From the NCBI GenBank assembly GCA_037443805.1, contig JBBINQ010000005.1, positions 9,607-73,606 of the forward strand: DNA of 64,000 bases, read 5' to 3'. The translations under genes were made by a program, and so were the position numbers. The number at the start of each line of letters is the position of its first letter. Positions within the stretch are counted from its first letter, which is position 1. The stretch is from a candidate division WOR-3 bacterium. Lineage in GTDB: Bacteria; Hydrothermota; Tepidihabitantia; SM23-42; JAOAFX01. Shown here piece by piece: positions 29,557 to 39,093 of the stretch. The notes under the pieces were generated by a model. It was given only the letters and a program-made list of their open reading frames with translations, had not been told where the DNA came from and did not search any database.

Positions 29557-31020
29557 ATGAAAGAATTTAAATTACCAGAGGGTCTGACATTTGATGATAT
29601 TTTGTTAATTCCTCAATTTTCCAATGTTCTGCCACGGGAATGTGATGTGCGGACAAAATTTTCCCGGCATATCAGCTTGAATATTCCATTGGTAAGCGCG
29701 GCAATGGATACAGTAACTGAATCTGCTACTGCAATCGCACTTGCCCAGGAAGGGGGTATTGGAGTCATCCACAAAAATTTGACCATTGAGGAACAACAAA
29801 AAGAGGTGCGTAAGGTTAAACGGGCTGAGAGCGGGATGATTATTGACCCCATTACTGTGACCGAAGATATGACAATCAGACAGGCAAAGGAGCTGATGGA
29901 GAAGAATAGAATCTCCGGGGTGGTTGTGGTGAATAAAGAATTTCGCGTGGTGGGAATGTTGACAAATCGTGATATCATCTTTGAAGATAATCTCAATAAA
30001 AAAGTGAAAGATACAATGACCAGTGAAAAATTAATTACCGCACCTGAAGGAACCACACTGGAACAGGCACGCCGGATTATTAAAAAATACAAGATTGAAA
30101 AATTACCCATTGTTGACCGCAATGGTAGATTAAGGGGATTGATTACCATAAAAGATATAATAAAGAAAATGGAGCACCCCAATGCGATATTTGATAGAAC
30201 CGGTAGATTGCGGTGTGCGGCAGCAGTAGGTGTTGATAAAAAAACTATTGACCGTGTGTCTGCCTTGATTGAAGCTGATGTTGACGCACTTGTGGTGGAT
30301 GTTGCCCATGCCCATTCATTGAGTGTTATAAAATTGATAAAGGAGATTAAGAAAAAATTCGCGGACATAGAATTGGTGGCAGGTAATGTAGGCAGTCCTG
30401 AAGCTACCCAGTATCTTGCAAAACTTAATGTGGATGCGATTAAAGTGGGAATCGGCCCAGGTTCAATCTGCACAACCAGGGTGATTGCCGGCATTGGTGT
30501 GCCTCAGGTGAGCGCTATTATTGAATGCTCCCGCATTGCCCGGAAATATAAGATTCCTATTATTGCTGATGGTGGGATTAGATATTCAGGCGATATTGTT
30601 AAGGCACTTGCCTGTGGTGCATCCTGTGTGATGATTGGCAATCTCTTTGCTGGAACTGAAGAGAGCCCGGGTGAGACCATTCTCCTTGAGGGCAGAAGAT
30701 ATAAGGAGTATCGGGCAATGGGTTCTCTGTCTGCAATGCGTCGCGGTTCAGCAGATCGCTATTTCCAGGAAGCAGCAAAAAAACTTGTTCCTGAAGGTGT
30801 GGAAGGAAGGGTTCCATATCGGGGGTCTGTAAAGGATGTAATATTCCAGCTCATTGGTGGTTTAAAATCAGGGATGGGTTATTGTGGTGCAAAAGACATT
30901 TTAACATTGCAAAAGAAGGCGAGATACATCAGGATAAGCCCGGCTGGACTCAGAGAGAGCCATCCCCATGATATTACCATCACCAAAGAAGCACCCAATT
31001 ATGAGATTAGAGGGTTTTGA
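29557..31020 (+). CDS. guaB: Inosine-5'-monophosphate dehydrogenase
   Basis: [10 protein letters not shown], two CBS domains, catalytic [38 protein letters not shown]. Confidence 0.97.
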   Translation: MKEFKLPEGLTFDDILLIPQFSNVLPRECDVRTKFSRHISLNIPLVSAAMDTVTESATAIALAQEGGIGVIHKNLTIEEQQKEVRKVKRAESGMIIDPITVTEDMTIRQAKELMEKNRISGVVVVNKEFRVVGMLTNRDIIFEDNLNKKVKDTMTSEKLITAPEGTTLEQARRIIKKYKIEKLPIVDRNGRLRGLITIKDIIKKMEHPNAIFDRTGRLRCAAAVGVDKKTIDRVSALIEADVDALVVDVAHAHSLSVIKLIKEIKKKFADIELVAGNVGSPEATQYLAKLNVDAIKVGIGPGSICTTRVIAGIGVPQVSAIIECSRIARKYKIPIIADGGIRYSGDIVKALACGASCVMIGNLFAGTEESPGETILLEGRRYKEYRAMGSLSAMRRGSADRYFQEAAKKLVPEGVEGRVPYRGSVKDVIFQLIGGLKSGMGYCGAKDILTLQKKARYIRISPAGLRESHPHDITITKEAPNYEIRGF

Positions 31021-31768
31021 CCTACCTTTTTCAAAAATTGCGCCATATTATGATACATTGATGTCTTTTGTAAATTATCGCTCCTGGGTGGATTACATAG
31101 AGCGTATCATTGCAATGCACCACATTCAGGAAAAGATTATTCTTGATATCGCATGCGGCACCGGGGTCTGTCTTGAGTTGTGGCTAAAAAAGGGCTATCG
31201 GGTAATTGGACTTGATAGGTCAGAGCCGATGCTTGAGATATGTAAGAAAAGATTTGCCCAGCATTTAATTGAGAATGGAAATGTGAATTTGATTAAAGGT
31301 GATATAAGAAATTTTTCTTTTAATGAACCACTACCAGTAATAACCTGTCTCTATGATAGTTTGAATTATCTATTGAGTGCTGATGAACTATTAGCCTGCT
31401 TTAAATCCGCTTATGCTACACTTTCTCAGAATGGCATCTTTGTCTTTGATATGAATACTATCCATGCCCTGCGCGATGAATGGGGAAACCAGGTTTTTGA
31501 AAGAAGGGATGGGCAAATCCATTCAATATGGGATAATACTTTTGACTCTACAACAAATATATCCACATTGAAACTGACGATTAATATTTATGAAGATAAT
31601 CAGGTTTTAACCGTCAGAGAATTACATCAGGAGCGAGCCTATGCACTGGATGAGATTAAATCTTTAATTACTTCTGCTGGTTTCAAATTATATCTTTACC
31701 GGCACCTGACATTCAATCCTGCCAGCGAATTTGATACAAGGGTGCTTGGTGTTGCAAAAAAATTATGA
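31001..31768 (+). CDS. Class I SAM-dependent methyltransferase
   Basis: ILDIACGTG, IGLDRSEPML, CLYDSLNYL, GIFVFDMNT; start placed at ATG 31001. Confidence 0.85.
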   Translation: MRLEGFDLPFSKIAPYYDTLMSFVNYRSWVDYIERIIAMHHIQEKIILDIACGTGVCLELWLKKGYRVIGLDRSEPMLEICKKRFAQHLIENGNVNLIKGDIRNFSFNEPLPVITCLYDSLNYLLSADELLACFKSAYATLSQNGIFVFDMNTIHALRDEWGNQVFERRDGQIHSIWDNTFDSTTNISTLKLTINIYEDNQVLTVRELHQERAYALDEIKSLITSAGFKLYLYRHLTFNPASEFDTRVLGVAKKL

Positions 31769-32988
31769 TGATTGCTGATTTACATATCCATTCAAGATTT
31801 TCCCGCGCAACCTCACAGGATATGACAATACCAAGAATTGCTGAATATGCGAAGTTAAAAGGTATTGGCATGGTCGGCACAGGCGATTTTACGCATCCGG
31901 GTTGGCTCAATGAATTAAAAGAGTATCTGCAATTTAAAGATGGTGTCTATGAATATGCCGGAGTAAAATTTATACTTACGGTTGAAGTGAACAATATTTA
32001 TACAAAAAATGGAAAACTGCGCAGAATCCACAATATCATCTTTGCTCCTGATTTTCAAACAGTAGAAAAGGTCAATAGCTATCTCGGTAAATATGGAAAA
32101 CTTGAAGCTGATGGTAGACCCATCATCTCCCTGGGCACAGATGAAATGTTAAAGGCATTGCTTGATATTTCAACGGAGATATTTATTGTTCCATCCCATA
32201 TCTGGACACCATGGTTCTCTTTGTTCGGTTCAAATTCTGGTTTTGATTCTATAGAAGAGTGTTTTGGAGAATTGACCAGTAAGGTATTTGCCCTGGAAAC
32301 CGGTCTGTCTTCAGACCCAGCAATGAACTGGCGGCTATCAAGTCTGGATAAATTTTCACTTATTTCTAATTCTGATGCCCATTCTCCCAATCGCCTGGGA
32401 CGCGAAGCAAATGTCTTTAGTGAAGAGCTGAACTATTCTGCCCTTAAAGAGGTATTGAAAAACAAAGACCGAAGTAGATTTTTATTCACGATAGAATTCT
32501 ATCCTGAAGAAGGTAAATACCATTTTGATGGTCATCGTCGTTGCCAGGTAAGATTATCTCCCAAAGAGGCAAAATTGAATAATAACCTGTGTCCAGTATG
32601 CTCCCGTAGTATTACAGTTGGCGTTTTACACAGGGTTGAACTCCTTGCTGACCGTGATGAAGGGTATGTTCCTGAAAATAGTATACCATTTAAAAATCTA
32701 ATTCCTCTTGAAGAGATCATTGCTGAGGCAATGGGTGTGGGCAGGGATACAGTTGGTGTCAAAAATGAATATCAGAGGCTCTGTAAAATATTTGGCAATG
32801 AGTTTGAAATTCTGCTCAATACGCCAATAACTGAATTGAAAAATAGTACCCAAGAAAAGATAGCACAGGGGATTGAACGGGCGCGTCGTGGCGATGTGAA
32901 TATTAATCCTGGTTATGACGGCGAATTTGGAACAATAAAACTTTTTGACCAGCACACAGCATCAGACTCCCAGCTTGGTTTGTTTTAA
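31765..32988 (+). CDS. PHP-domain endonuclease Q family protein
   Basis: ADLHIHSRFS, GTGDFTHP, SHIWTPW, ETGLSSDP, SNSDAHS, GKYHFDGHRRC...CPVC, PGYDGEFG. Confidence 0.88.
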   Translation: MMIADLHIHSRFSRATSQDMTIPRIAEYAKLKGIGMVGTGDFTHPGWLNELKEYLQFKDGVYEYAGVKFILTVEVNNIYTKNGKLRRIHNIIFAPDFQTVEKVNSYLGKYGKLEADGRPIISLGTDEMLKALLDISTEIFIVPSHIWTPWFSLFGSNSGFDSIEECFGELTSKVFALETGLSSDPAMNWRLSSLDKFSLISNSDAHSPNRLGREANVFSEELNYSALKEVLKNKDRSRFLFTIEFYPEEGKYHFDGHRRCQVRLSPKEAKLNNNLCPVCSRSITVGVLHRVELLADRDEGYVPENSIPFKNLIPLEEIIAEAMGVGRDTVGVKNEYQRLCKIFGNEFEILLNTPITELKNSTQEKIAQGIERARRGDVNINPGYDGEFGTIKLFDQHTASDSQLGLF

Positions 32989-32991
32989 TTA

Positions 32992-33019
32992 TTGACAATG
33001 GTGATTAATTATATATAAT
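32992..33019 (+). promoter_or_regulatory. wza operon promoter (TTGACA-N16-TATAAT), probably leaderless
   Basis: Both hexamers perfect; ATG 5 nt downstream. Confidence 0.8.
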
Positions 33020-33024
33020 TATTT

Positions 33025-33597
33025 ATGTTTCTGTTAATACTTCTTACAGTATCGCCTCATGTCTTTCTTTCTCCTAATGATGCGATAGAAATTGAGATAT
33101 GGCACCAACCTACGCTCAGCGGTAAATATCTTGTAGATGCGGATACAAGTCTTAATATGCCACTGCTCGGTAAACTTGATATCAAAAACATTCCTGCTGA
33201 TTCATTAGAGAAGATGTTGATTGATGAATTTCACAAATATTATGGTGATGTATTCCTCACCGTGAATATTTATTATCAAATCAGTGTTTTTGGAGAAGTT
33301 AAGTCTCCAGGGAAATATTATTTGAAGAGCAGTGAAAATCTTGCCAACCTTCTGGCAATGGCAGGAGGTCCAACTGCAAATGGTAATTTGGGAAGGATTC
33401 GCATTTTAAACCTGGGTCAGGAAAGGACCGTGAATTTTGAAAAGATACTGAAGCAAGGTAAAAAGATTGAAGAATTAAATTTAAAGCCTGGTGATGTGGT
33501 TATTATTCCAAGAAGATTTATGCCAGCATTACAGGAATGGTCAGTGCTATTCACTATTGGCACTTTGATTATGCAGATTGTGTATTACACGAAATGA
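33025..33597 (+). CDS. wza: Short polysaccharide export protein (Poly_export + SLBB)
   Basis: LSPNDAIEI, MPLLGKL, ISVFGEVKSPGKY, AMAGGPT, LKPGDVVIIP, C-terminal amphipathic helix; no lipobox Cys. Confidence 0.75.
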   Translation: MFLLILLTVSPHVFLSPNDAIEIEIWHQPTLSGKYLVDADTSLNMPLLGKLDIKNIPADSLEKMLIDEFHKYYGDVFLTVNIYYQISVFGEVKSPGKYYLKSSENLANLLAMAGGPTANGNLGRIRILNLGQERTVNFEKILKQGKKIEELNLKPGDVVIIPRRFMPALQEWSVLFTIGTLIMQIVYYTK

Positions 33598-35912
33598 AAA
33601 AAGAACTTACTTTTCAGGATTATATTGATGTAATTAAAAAAAGGCGCAATTTGATTATTATCTGTGCCCTTGTAACAACAGTTTGTGCGGTTGTCATAAG
33701 CTTACAGCTGCCAAAGATTTATGAAGCAAAGGTCAAATTTAAGTTAGAACTATCTGAGGCAAAGCCCACTTTCTTTACTGAACTATACACGCCACAGCGT
33801 GTTGACCCGGTGGAGAGTGAGCTGGAGATCATTCGCAGTAGAACACTGGCGCGTTCAGTCGTGAAAAAACTTGGTTTGAATTTTGTCGTCAATAATCATA
33901 ACCGAACATTATTTGATTCGGTCCAGATAAGTGATTATTTCCCGCCGGGAAAATACCTTATAAAATTTGACGATAATAATAACTTTGAGATTGTCAATAA
34001 ACAAGAGGAGCTCATTGGCAGGGGTATGGTCAAGGTTCTTTTTGACAATGGTGGTTTAAGATTTTTATTAAAGGAAAGGCCAACAAAGAATTATATTGAG
34101 TTCAGTGTATTGAATGTAGAGAAAGCAACTGAAGAATTGATGGGTAATATTTCGGCAAGCCAGATTAAGAATACTGCCCTGGTATTGTTAAAAGCGCGGT
34201 CAATATTACCAGAAATGGCAGCAAAGATCGCCAATACTCTATCCCAGGAATATATTTTATATACCCTGGAAAGTTTACGGGAATCAGCACGCGGCTCCAA
34301 AGAATTTATTGAGAGTCAGATCAAGATTTTTGGTATGGAACTTGACAGCGCTGAGGAAAACTTGCGAAAATATAAGCAGAAGAGCGGGGTCTTCTTGCTC
34401 AGCGAAACTGCGCGAGAGATCATTAATTCACTTGCACAATTTGAGGTTGAAAGAGAAAAGGCAGTTGTTGAGTTAAACGAAACTGAAAGTAGTATAAAAA
34501 AACTTGAAAATGAACTGGCACGCGATGAGGCGAGTTATGGTTATTACAAAAAGATGGCATCTTTTCCAACCATCTCTAATAGCCCATTGATTCTTAAACT
34601 CAAAGACCAATTGAAAGCCCTTGAATTACAAAAACAGGAATACCAGAATGACCCAATAAAATTAAAACAGATTGAAGGGCAGATTGCACAAATTGAGCAG
34701 GAGATCAATAAGGCGAGCAAGCAGATTGCACTGGCTGGACCATCAGTAGGAGATCCGGTGTTCCAATCGGTCATTACCAATATCATCAACAGCGAGACAA
34801 AACTTATAGCCCTGCAGAGCCGTATTGATGCCTTAAACCAGATTATTGAGCAGCATAATCGTCGGTTAAAACAACTGCCCGAGGCAGAGGTCAATTTGGC
34901 ACAACTTGAACGGCAAAAAAAGGCGAACGAAGAGATATATACAATGCTCCTTGGTAAACTTGAGGAATCAAAGATTGCTGAGGCAATACAGATAAGTCAG
35001 GCAAGGATTATTGATTATGCGATAATTCCAGATGAACCGGTAGAGCCAAAACCAAAACAGAATGCTATCCTCGGTCTGATCCTTGGTTTACTGATTGGCC
35101 TGGGTGGCGCTTTTCTACTTGAATATCTTAATACTTCAATAAAGACATCAAAAGAGATTGAAGAACTTACCGAGATATCAGTACTGGCAAATGTTCCTAT
35201 GGTGAAGAATAAACATCATATTGATATTCCCATTATCAATGAACCACATTCAGATATTGCTGAGGCATACCGTATACTACGAACAAATATTCTATTTTCT
35301 GCTGCTGCCCGTTCCATCAAATCATTGCTGGTTACATCAACCGTGCCCCAGGAAGGTAAGACTACCACCTGCATCAATTTAGGTATTACATTTGCACAAC
35401 TCGGGCAGAAGGTCGTTATTCTTGATTGCGATTTTAGAAGGCCAAAATTACATAATTATTTCAAGGCGCTTGTCAAAGATAATCATAATGGACTCTCGGA
35501 TATTTTAATTAACCGAATAAAATTGAAAGATGCATTGATAAAATCACCATTTGAAAATCTATATTTTATTACCAGTGGTACAATTCCATCTAATCCTGCT
35601 GAATTGCTTGGTTCTTCACGAATGTCAGAAATTATTGATGAACTTAAGAATAATTTTGAATTTATTCTTGTTGATGCACCACCTGCTTTGGGGATTGCTG
35701 ATGCCCGTGTTCTGGGCAAGATATGCGATGGGATTCTTGTTGTAGTAATGACCGGAAAAACCGAGCGAGATGCAATACTGGAAATAAAAGAAGAATTAGA
35801 ACGCGCTGGCGAAAAAATAATTGGTTTTGTATTAAATGGTGTTGACATAACACACAGGTACCATCGGTATCGCTATTATCACTATTACAAACATCCATCT
35901 ATCCAGACCTGA
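33594..35912 (+). CDS. wzc: Polysaccharide co-polymerase / BY-kinase
   Basis: Wzz-like N-terminal TM, periplasmic coiled coil, second TM, EAYRILRTN, Walker A STVPQEGKTT, DCDFRRP, VDAPP, Tyr cluster YHRYRYYHYY. Confidence 0.9.
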   Translation: MKKELTFQDYIDVIKKRRNLIIICALVTTVCAVVISLQLPKIYEAKVKFKLELSEAKPTFFTELYTPQRVDPVESELEIIRSRTLARSVVKKLGLNFVVNNHNRTLFDSVQISDYFPPGKYLIKFDDNNNFEIVNKQEELIGRGMVKVLFDNGGLRFLLKERPTKNYIEFSVLNVEKATEELMGNISASQIKNTALVLLKARSILPEMAAKIANTLSQEYILYTLESLRESARGSKEFIESQIKIFGMELDSAEENLRKYKQKSGVFLLSETAREIINSLAQFEVEREKAVVELNETESSIKKLENELARDEASYGYYKKMASFPTISNSPLILKLKDQLKALELQKQEYQNDPIKLKQIEGQIAQIEQEINKASKQIALAGPSVGDPVFQSVITNIINSETKLIALQSRIDALNQIIEQHNRRLKQLPEAEVNLAQLERQKKANEEIYTMLLGKLEESKIAEAIQISQARIIDYAIIPDEPVEPKPKQNAILGLILGLLIGLGGAFLLEYLNTSIKTSKEIEELTEISVLANVPMVKNKHHIDIPIINEPHSDIAEAYRILRTNILFSAAARSIKSLLVTSTVPQEGKTTTCINLGITFAQLGQKVVILDCDFRRPKLHNYFKALVKDNHNGLSDILINRIKLKDALIKSPFENLYFITSGTIPSNPAELLGSSRMSEIIDELKNNFEFILVDAPPALGIADARVLGKICDGILVVVMTGKTERDAILEIKEELERAGEKIIGFVLNGVDITHRYHRYRYYHYYKHPSIQT

Positions 35913-35930
35913 TTAGCATTGCGAGGGGAG

Positions 35931-36209
35931 ATGAAAAGAGAAATTTTGTTTTTCATCAAACGCTGGATAATTATCATTTTTTTTATTATTCTTCCCATCT
36001 CTTATATCGGTAGAAAATTATTTTTGCTATTAAATGCCAATTATACAGAAAAAGTTCTACAAAAGAGTATAATTATCTTTTCCGCGGAGAATGAATTATT
36101 AAAAAAACGAATTGATGATTATCGGAGAGGCACATTGATTGAGGCGCGGGCAAGGGATGAACTGGGGATGATAAAAAAAGGTGAAAAGGTATATTTTATA
36201 AAACAATGA
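35931..36209 (+). CDS. ftsB: Septum formation initiator (FtsB/DivIC family)
   Basis: Single TM, coiled coil, IEARARDELGMIKKGE. Confidence 0.75.
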   Translation: MKREILFFIKRWIIIIFFIILPISYIGRKLFLLLNANYTEKVLQKSIIIFSAENELLKKRIDDYRRGTLIEARARDELGMIKKGEKVYFIKQ

Positions 36210-36889
36210 ATTATCAATTACAAATTACTCCATTCTGGTTAATCTGGGTTAAAGGTGAAGGTGTTTATACCCCTGGTGACCAGGTCGTTTTCAAAACCAA
36301 TGATGGTATTGATATTGGTAGAGTGATAAGTTTTCAGAATTATGAGGTAGAACCGATTGGTGGCGAAATTTTACGCCTTTTGCATAATGAAGACCAACCC
36401 AAGATTGAAGAATTAAAAGAGTATGAAGAGTATTGTATGATTGAACTTAAGAATGCAATAACTGATGCACATCTGGATATGAAGGTTGTATATGCACATT
36501 GTCAATTTGATGAAGAGCGTATTATATTTTATTTTACTGCAGAAAAGAAGATGAAGTTCCGCAAACTCCATCGCTATATTTCGCAAAAATTAAATAAGCG
36601 TATTGTAATAAAACAGATAGGTGCACGCGATTATGTCCGTTATGTCGGTGGATTGGGACCTTGTGGTAGGAAAATATGTTGTGCTTCTTTTTTGAAAAAC
36701 TTAAAGTCAATCTCTTTAAGAATGGCACGGGAACAAAAGATCTATGTTGCGCCAAGTAAACTTTCCGGGATCTGTGGTAAATTACTTTGCTGTTTAAATT
36801 TTGAAGAAGATTTTTATGCTGATTTTCAGACAGCAGATTATGTATCCGAATCAGAAGGGGGAGAGGAAGAAGAAATTGAGGAGTTCTGA
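36206..36889 (+). CDS. ricT: PSP1/RicT (YaaT) family regulatory Fe-S protein
   Basis: IFYFTAE, QIGARD, GGLGPCGRKICC, KLSGICGKLLCCLNFE. Confidence 0.88.
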   Translation: MNYQLQITPFWLIWVKGEGVYTPGDQVVFKTNDGIDIGRVISFQNYEVEPIGGEILRLLHNEDQPKIEELKEYEEYCMIELKNAITDAHLDMKVVYAHCQFDEERIIFYFTAEKKMKFRKLHRYISQKLNKRIVIKQIGARDYVRYVGGLGPCGRKICCASFLKNLKSISLRMAREQKIYVAPSKLSGICGKLLCCLNFEEDFYADFQTADYVSESEGGEEEEIEEF

Positions 36890-37604
36890 TTTTATTTATA
36901 ATTTGATAAAATTAGTTACTACATTGCGCAAAAAATGTCCCTGGGATAGAAAGCAGACTCTTGATACAATGAAAAATAATATCATAGAAGAGGCATACGA
37001 AGTAGTCAGTGCCATTGAAGAAAAGAATCTACCTTTAATCAAAGAAGAGATTGGGGATCTACTTTTTTTAGGCATTTTTTTGTGCCTGCTTCTTGAAGAA
37101 AAAGGGGTTTCATTCAAAGATATTATTTCTGCAACCATAGAAAAATATCAACGCAAACACCCCCATGTTTTTAAATCAAAAAAGTTCAAGAGTACTAAAG
37201 AGATTGTAAGGTTCTGGCACAGTTCAAAAGCCGATCTGTTCCAGGGGATTCCTTATTCTCTTCCCGCACTGCTCGCAGCAAAATTGATCCAGGAACGTGC
37301 AGCACGGATCGGGTTTGACTGGGAAGATGCTGAGGGACCTTTAAAAAAATTAGGAGAAGAGATCAAAGAATTGGGTGAGGCAAAATCAAGAAAGGAATTA
37401 AAAGATGAGATGGGCGACATTCTTTTTTCTTGTGTTAACCTTGCCCGTCACCTTAAATTGGACCCGGAGGATATGCTGCGCCAGGCGAATAAAAAATTTG
37501 TAAAGAGGTTTAGATTGATGCAAAAAAAATTAAAAAAGGAAAAGAAAGATCTATCTTCAGTCAGTCTCAAAGAAATGGATAAAGTGTGGAATAAGATAAA
37601 ATAG
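36876..37604 (+). CDS. mazG: Nucleoside triphosphate pyrophosphohydrolase MazG (tandem domain)
   Basis: CPWDRKQT, IEEAYEV, EEIGDLL, RKHPHVF, GFDW, DEMGDILF; TTG 36876 taken as the start. Confidence 0.92.
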   Translation: MRSSDFIYNLIKLVTTLRKKCPWDRKQTLDTMKNNIIEEAYEVVSAIEEKNLPLIKEEIGDLLFLGIFLCLLLEEKGVSFKDIISATIEKYQRKHPHVFKSKKFKSTKEIVRFWHSSKADLFQGIPYSLPALLAAKLIQERAARIGFDWEDAEGPLKKLGEEIKELGEAKSRKELKDEMGDILFSCVNLARHLKLDPEDMLRQANKKFVKRFRLMQKKLKKEKKDLSSVSLKEMDKVWNKIK

Positions 37605-37606
37605 GG

Positions 37607-37687
37607 GGTCAAATCATTGCCGGGTGACCGAGAATGATTCATAAAATGATACAGAGTTCAGGTTTTGTAAAGTGTGAAGATTTGACC
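37607..37687. repeat. 81-bp segment bounded by perfect 9-bp inverted repeats GGTCAAATC/GATTTGACC
   Basis: Arms at 37607-37615 and 37679-37687; fills the mazG-rsmG gap. Confidence 0.5.
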
Positions 37688-37690
37688 ACA

Positions 37691-38323
37691 ATGGAACAGT
37701 TGAAACAAGGACTTGATGAACTAAAAATAGATTACTCAGATACTATTCTTGAGAAATTTCGTCTTTACTTAGATGCTCTTTTTACTTTTAAAGATAGACT
37801 GCATCTAATTTCACATAAAGATTACACACGTATCAGTGTAAAACATTTTCTTCCTTCTTTAACTGCATTGAAATTTATTGCTAACGAAAAAAAAACCTGT
37901 GATATTGGTGCGGGTGCAGGCTTTCCTTCTGTGCCTTTAAAGATTTTTAAACCCGCGCTTGAACTTACTCTATTTGAATCGGTTAAAAAAAAGGCAGAAT
38001 TTTTAAAATATTTAATTGACAGGCTGGCACTGGATAAAGTTTATGTCGTAAATTGCCGTGCAGAAAATTATGGTAATAACCATTTTGAAATAGTTTTCAT
38101 TCGTGCGGCAGGTAAAATTAAAAAACTGGCACGAACAGTAAATAATCTACTGATACCAGGTGGCAGGGCAATATTTTATAAGTCTCCAGCGATAGAGGCA
38201 GAATTAAATGAGGCAAAAAGGGAGATTGAAAAATACAATTTTGTAGTTTCAATTGAAAGAACTTTGACACCGGTCGTCTATGAACCATTAACTTTGGTGA
38301 TGTTGCAAAAACAAAAAAATTGA
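37691..38323 (+). CDS. rsmG: 16S rRNA m7G527 methyltransferase
   Basis: KHFLPSL, CDIGAGAGFPSVPL, ESVKKKAEFL, RAE, IRA; start placed at ATG 37691. Confidence 0.88.
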   Translation: MEQLKQGLDELKIDYSDTILEKFRLYLDALFTFKDRLHLISHKDYTRISVKHFLPSLTALKFIANEKKTCDIGAGAGFPSVPLKIFKPALELTLFESVKKKAEFLKYLIDRLALDKVYVVNCRAENYGNNHFEIVFIRAAGKIKKLARTVNNLLIPGGRAIFYKSPAIEAELNEAKREIEKYNFVVSIERTLTPVVYEPLTLVMLQKQKN

Positions 38324-39093
38324 TTATGCTTTCTATTATTATTATAAATTTCCGTATGGCAGAAAAACTATATCGTTGTATTGAAAGTATTATCAATACC
38401 CAGGATATGCATAAAATAGAAATAATCGTGGTCAATAAATTATCATCCGACAATGCGCATCATATTGTTAAAACAAAATATCCTCATATAAAGGTGATTG
38501 AATCCAGAAAATTTGGTATTGCGTATATGCGCAATTTGGGTATAAAAGAGGCGTGTGGTGATTATCTGCTATTCCTTGATGCGGATACAATTCTCTTACA
38601 GAATTTAAATCCAGCAATAAAATTTTTACAAGAGCATCCTGAAGCAGGTGGATTGGGTATAAAACTTATTGGTGATGACCATAAATTGCAATACTCTGCC
38701 CGCACTTTTTACGATTTCAAGACCATTATATGGAGACGCACACCACTCAATGTATTATTTCCCAATAGTTCTATAATTAGAAAACATCTTATGATGGATT
38801 GGGCGCACGATAGACCCCTTGTTGTGGACTGGGTGCAGGGTGCTTTTTTATTGATAAAAAGAGCGGCATTGGAACAGATAGGAACCTTTGATGAATTCAG
38901 TCCGTTTGGTTTTGAGGATGTTGCCTGGTGTTATCGTGCAAGTAAAAAAGGCTGGAAGATTTATTACTTTCCGTATATTACTGTAATACATGAATACCAG
39001 CGGAGCAGTGCTTCAGTATTTTCAATACGTGCATTGTACCATTTCTGGGCATTTTTGAGATTCTGTCTCAAATATGGATTTTTCTCAAAATGA
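38320..39093 (+). CDS. GT2 family glycosyltransferase
   Basis: LSIIIIN, NLGI, LLFLDADT (DxD), WVQGAFLLI, GFEDVAWC. Confidence 0.88.
   Translation: MIMLSIIIINFRMAEKLYRCIESIINTQDMHKIEIIVVNKLSSDNAHHIVKTKYPHIKVIESRKFGIAYMRNLGIKEACGDYLLFLDADTILLQNLNPAIKFLQEHPEAGGLGIKLIGDDHKLQYSARTFYDFKTIIWRRTPLNVLFPNSSIIRKHLMMDWAHDRPLVVDWVQGAFLLIKRAALEQIGTFDEFSPFGFEDVAWCYRASKKGWKIYYFPYITVIHEYQRSSASVFSIRALYHFWAFLRFCLKYGFFSK

Noticed and set aside
29613-30494. 293-aa minus-strand ORF
   Set aside because: Antisense shadow of guaB with no recognisable motif.
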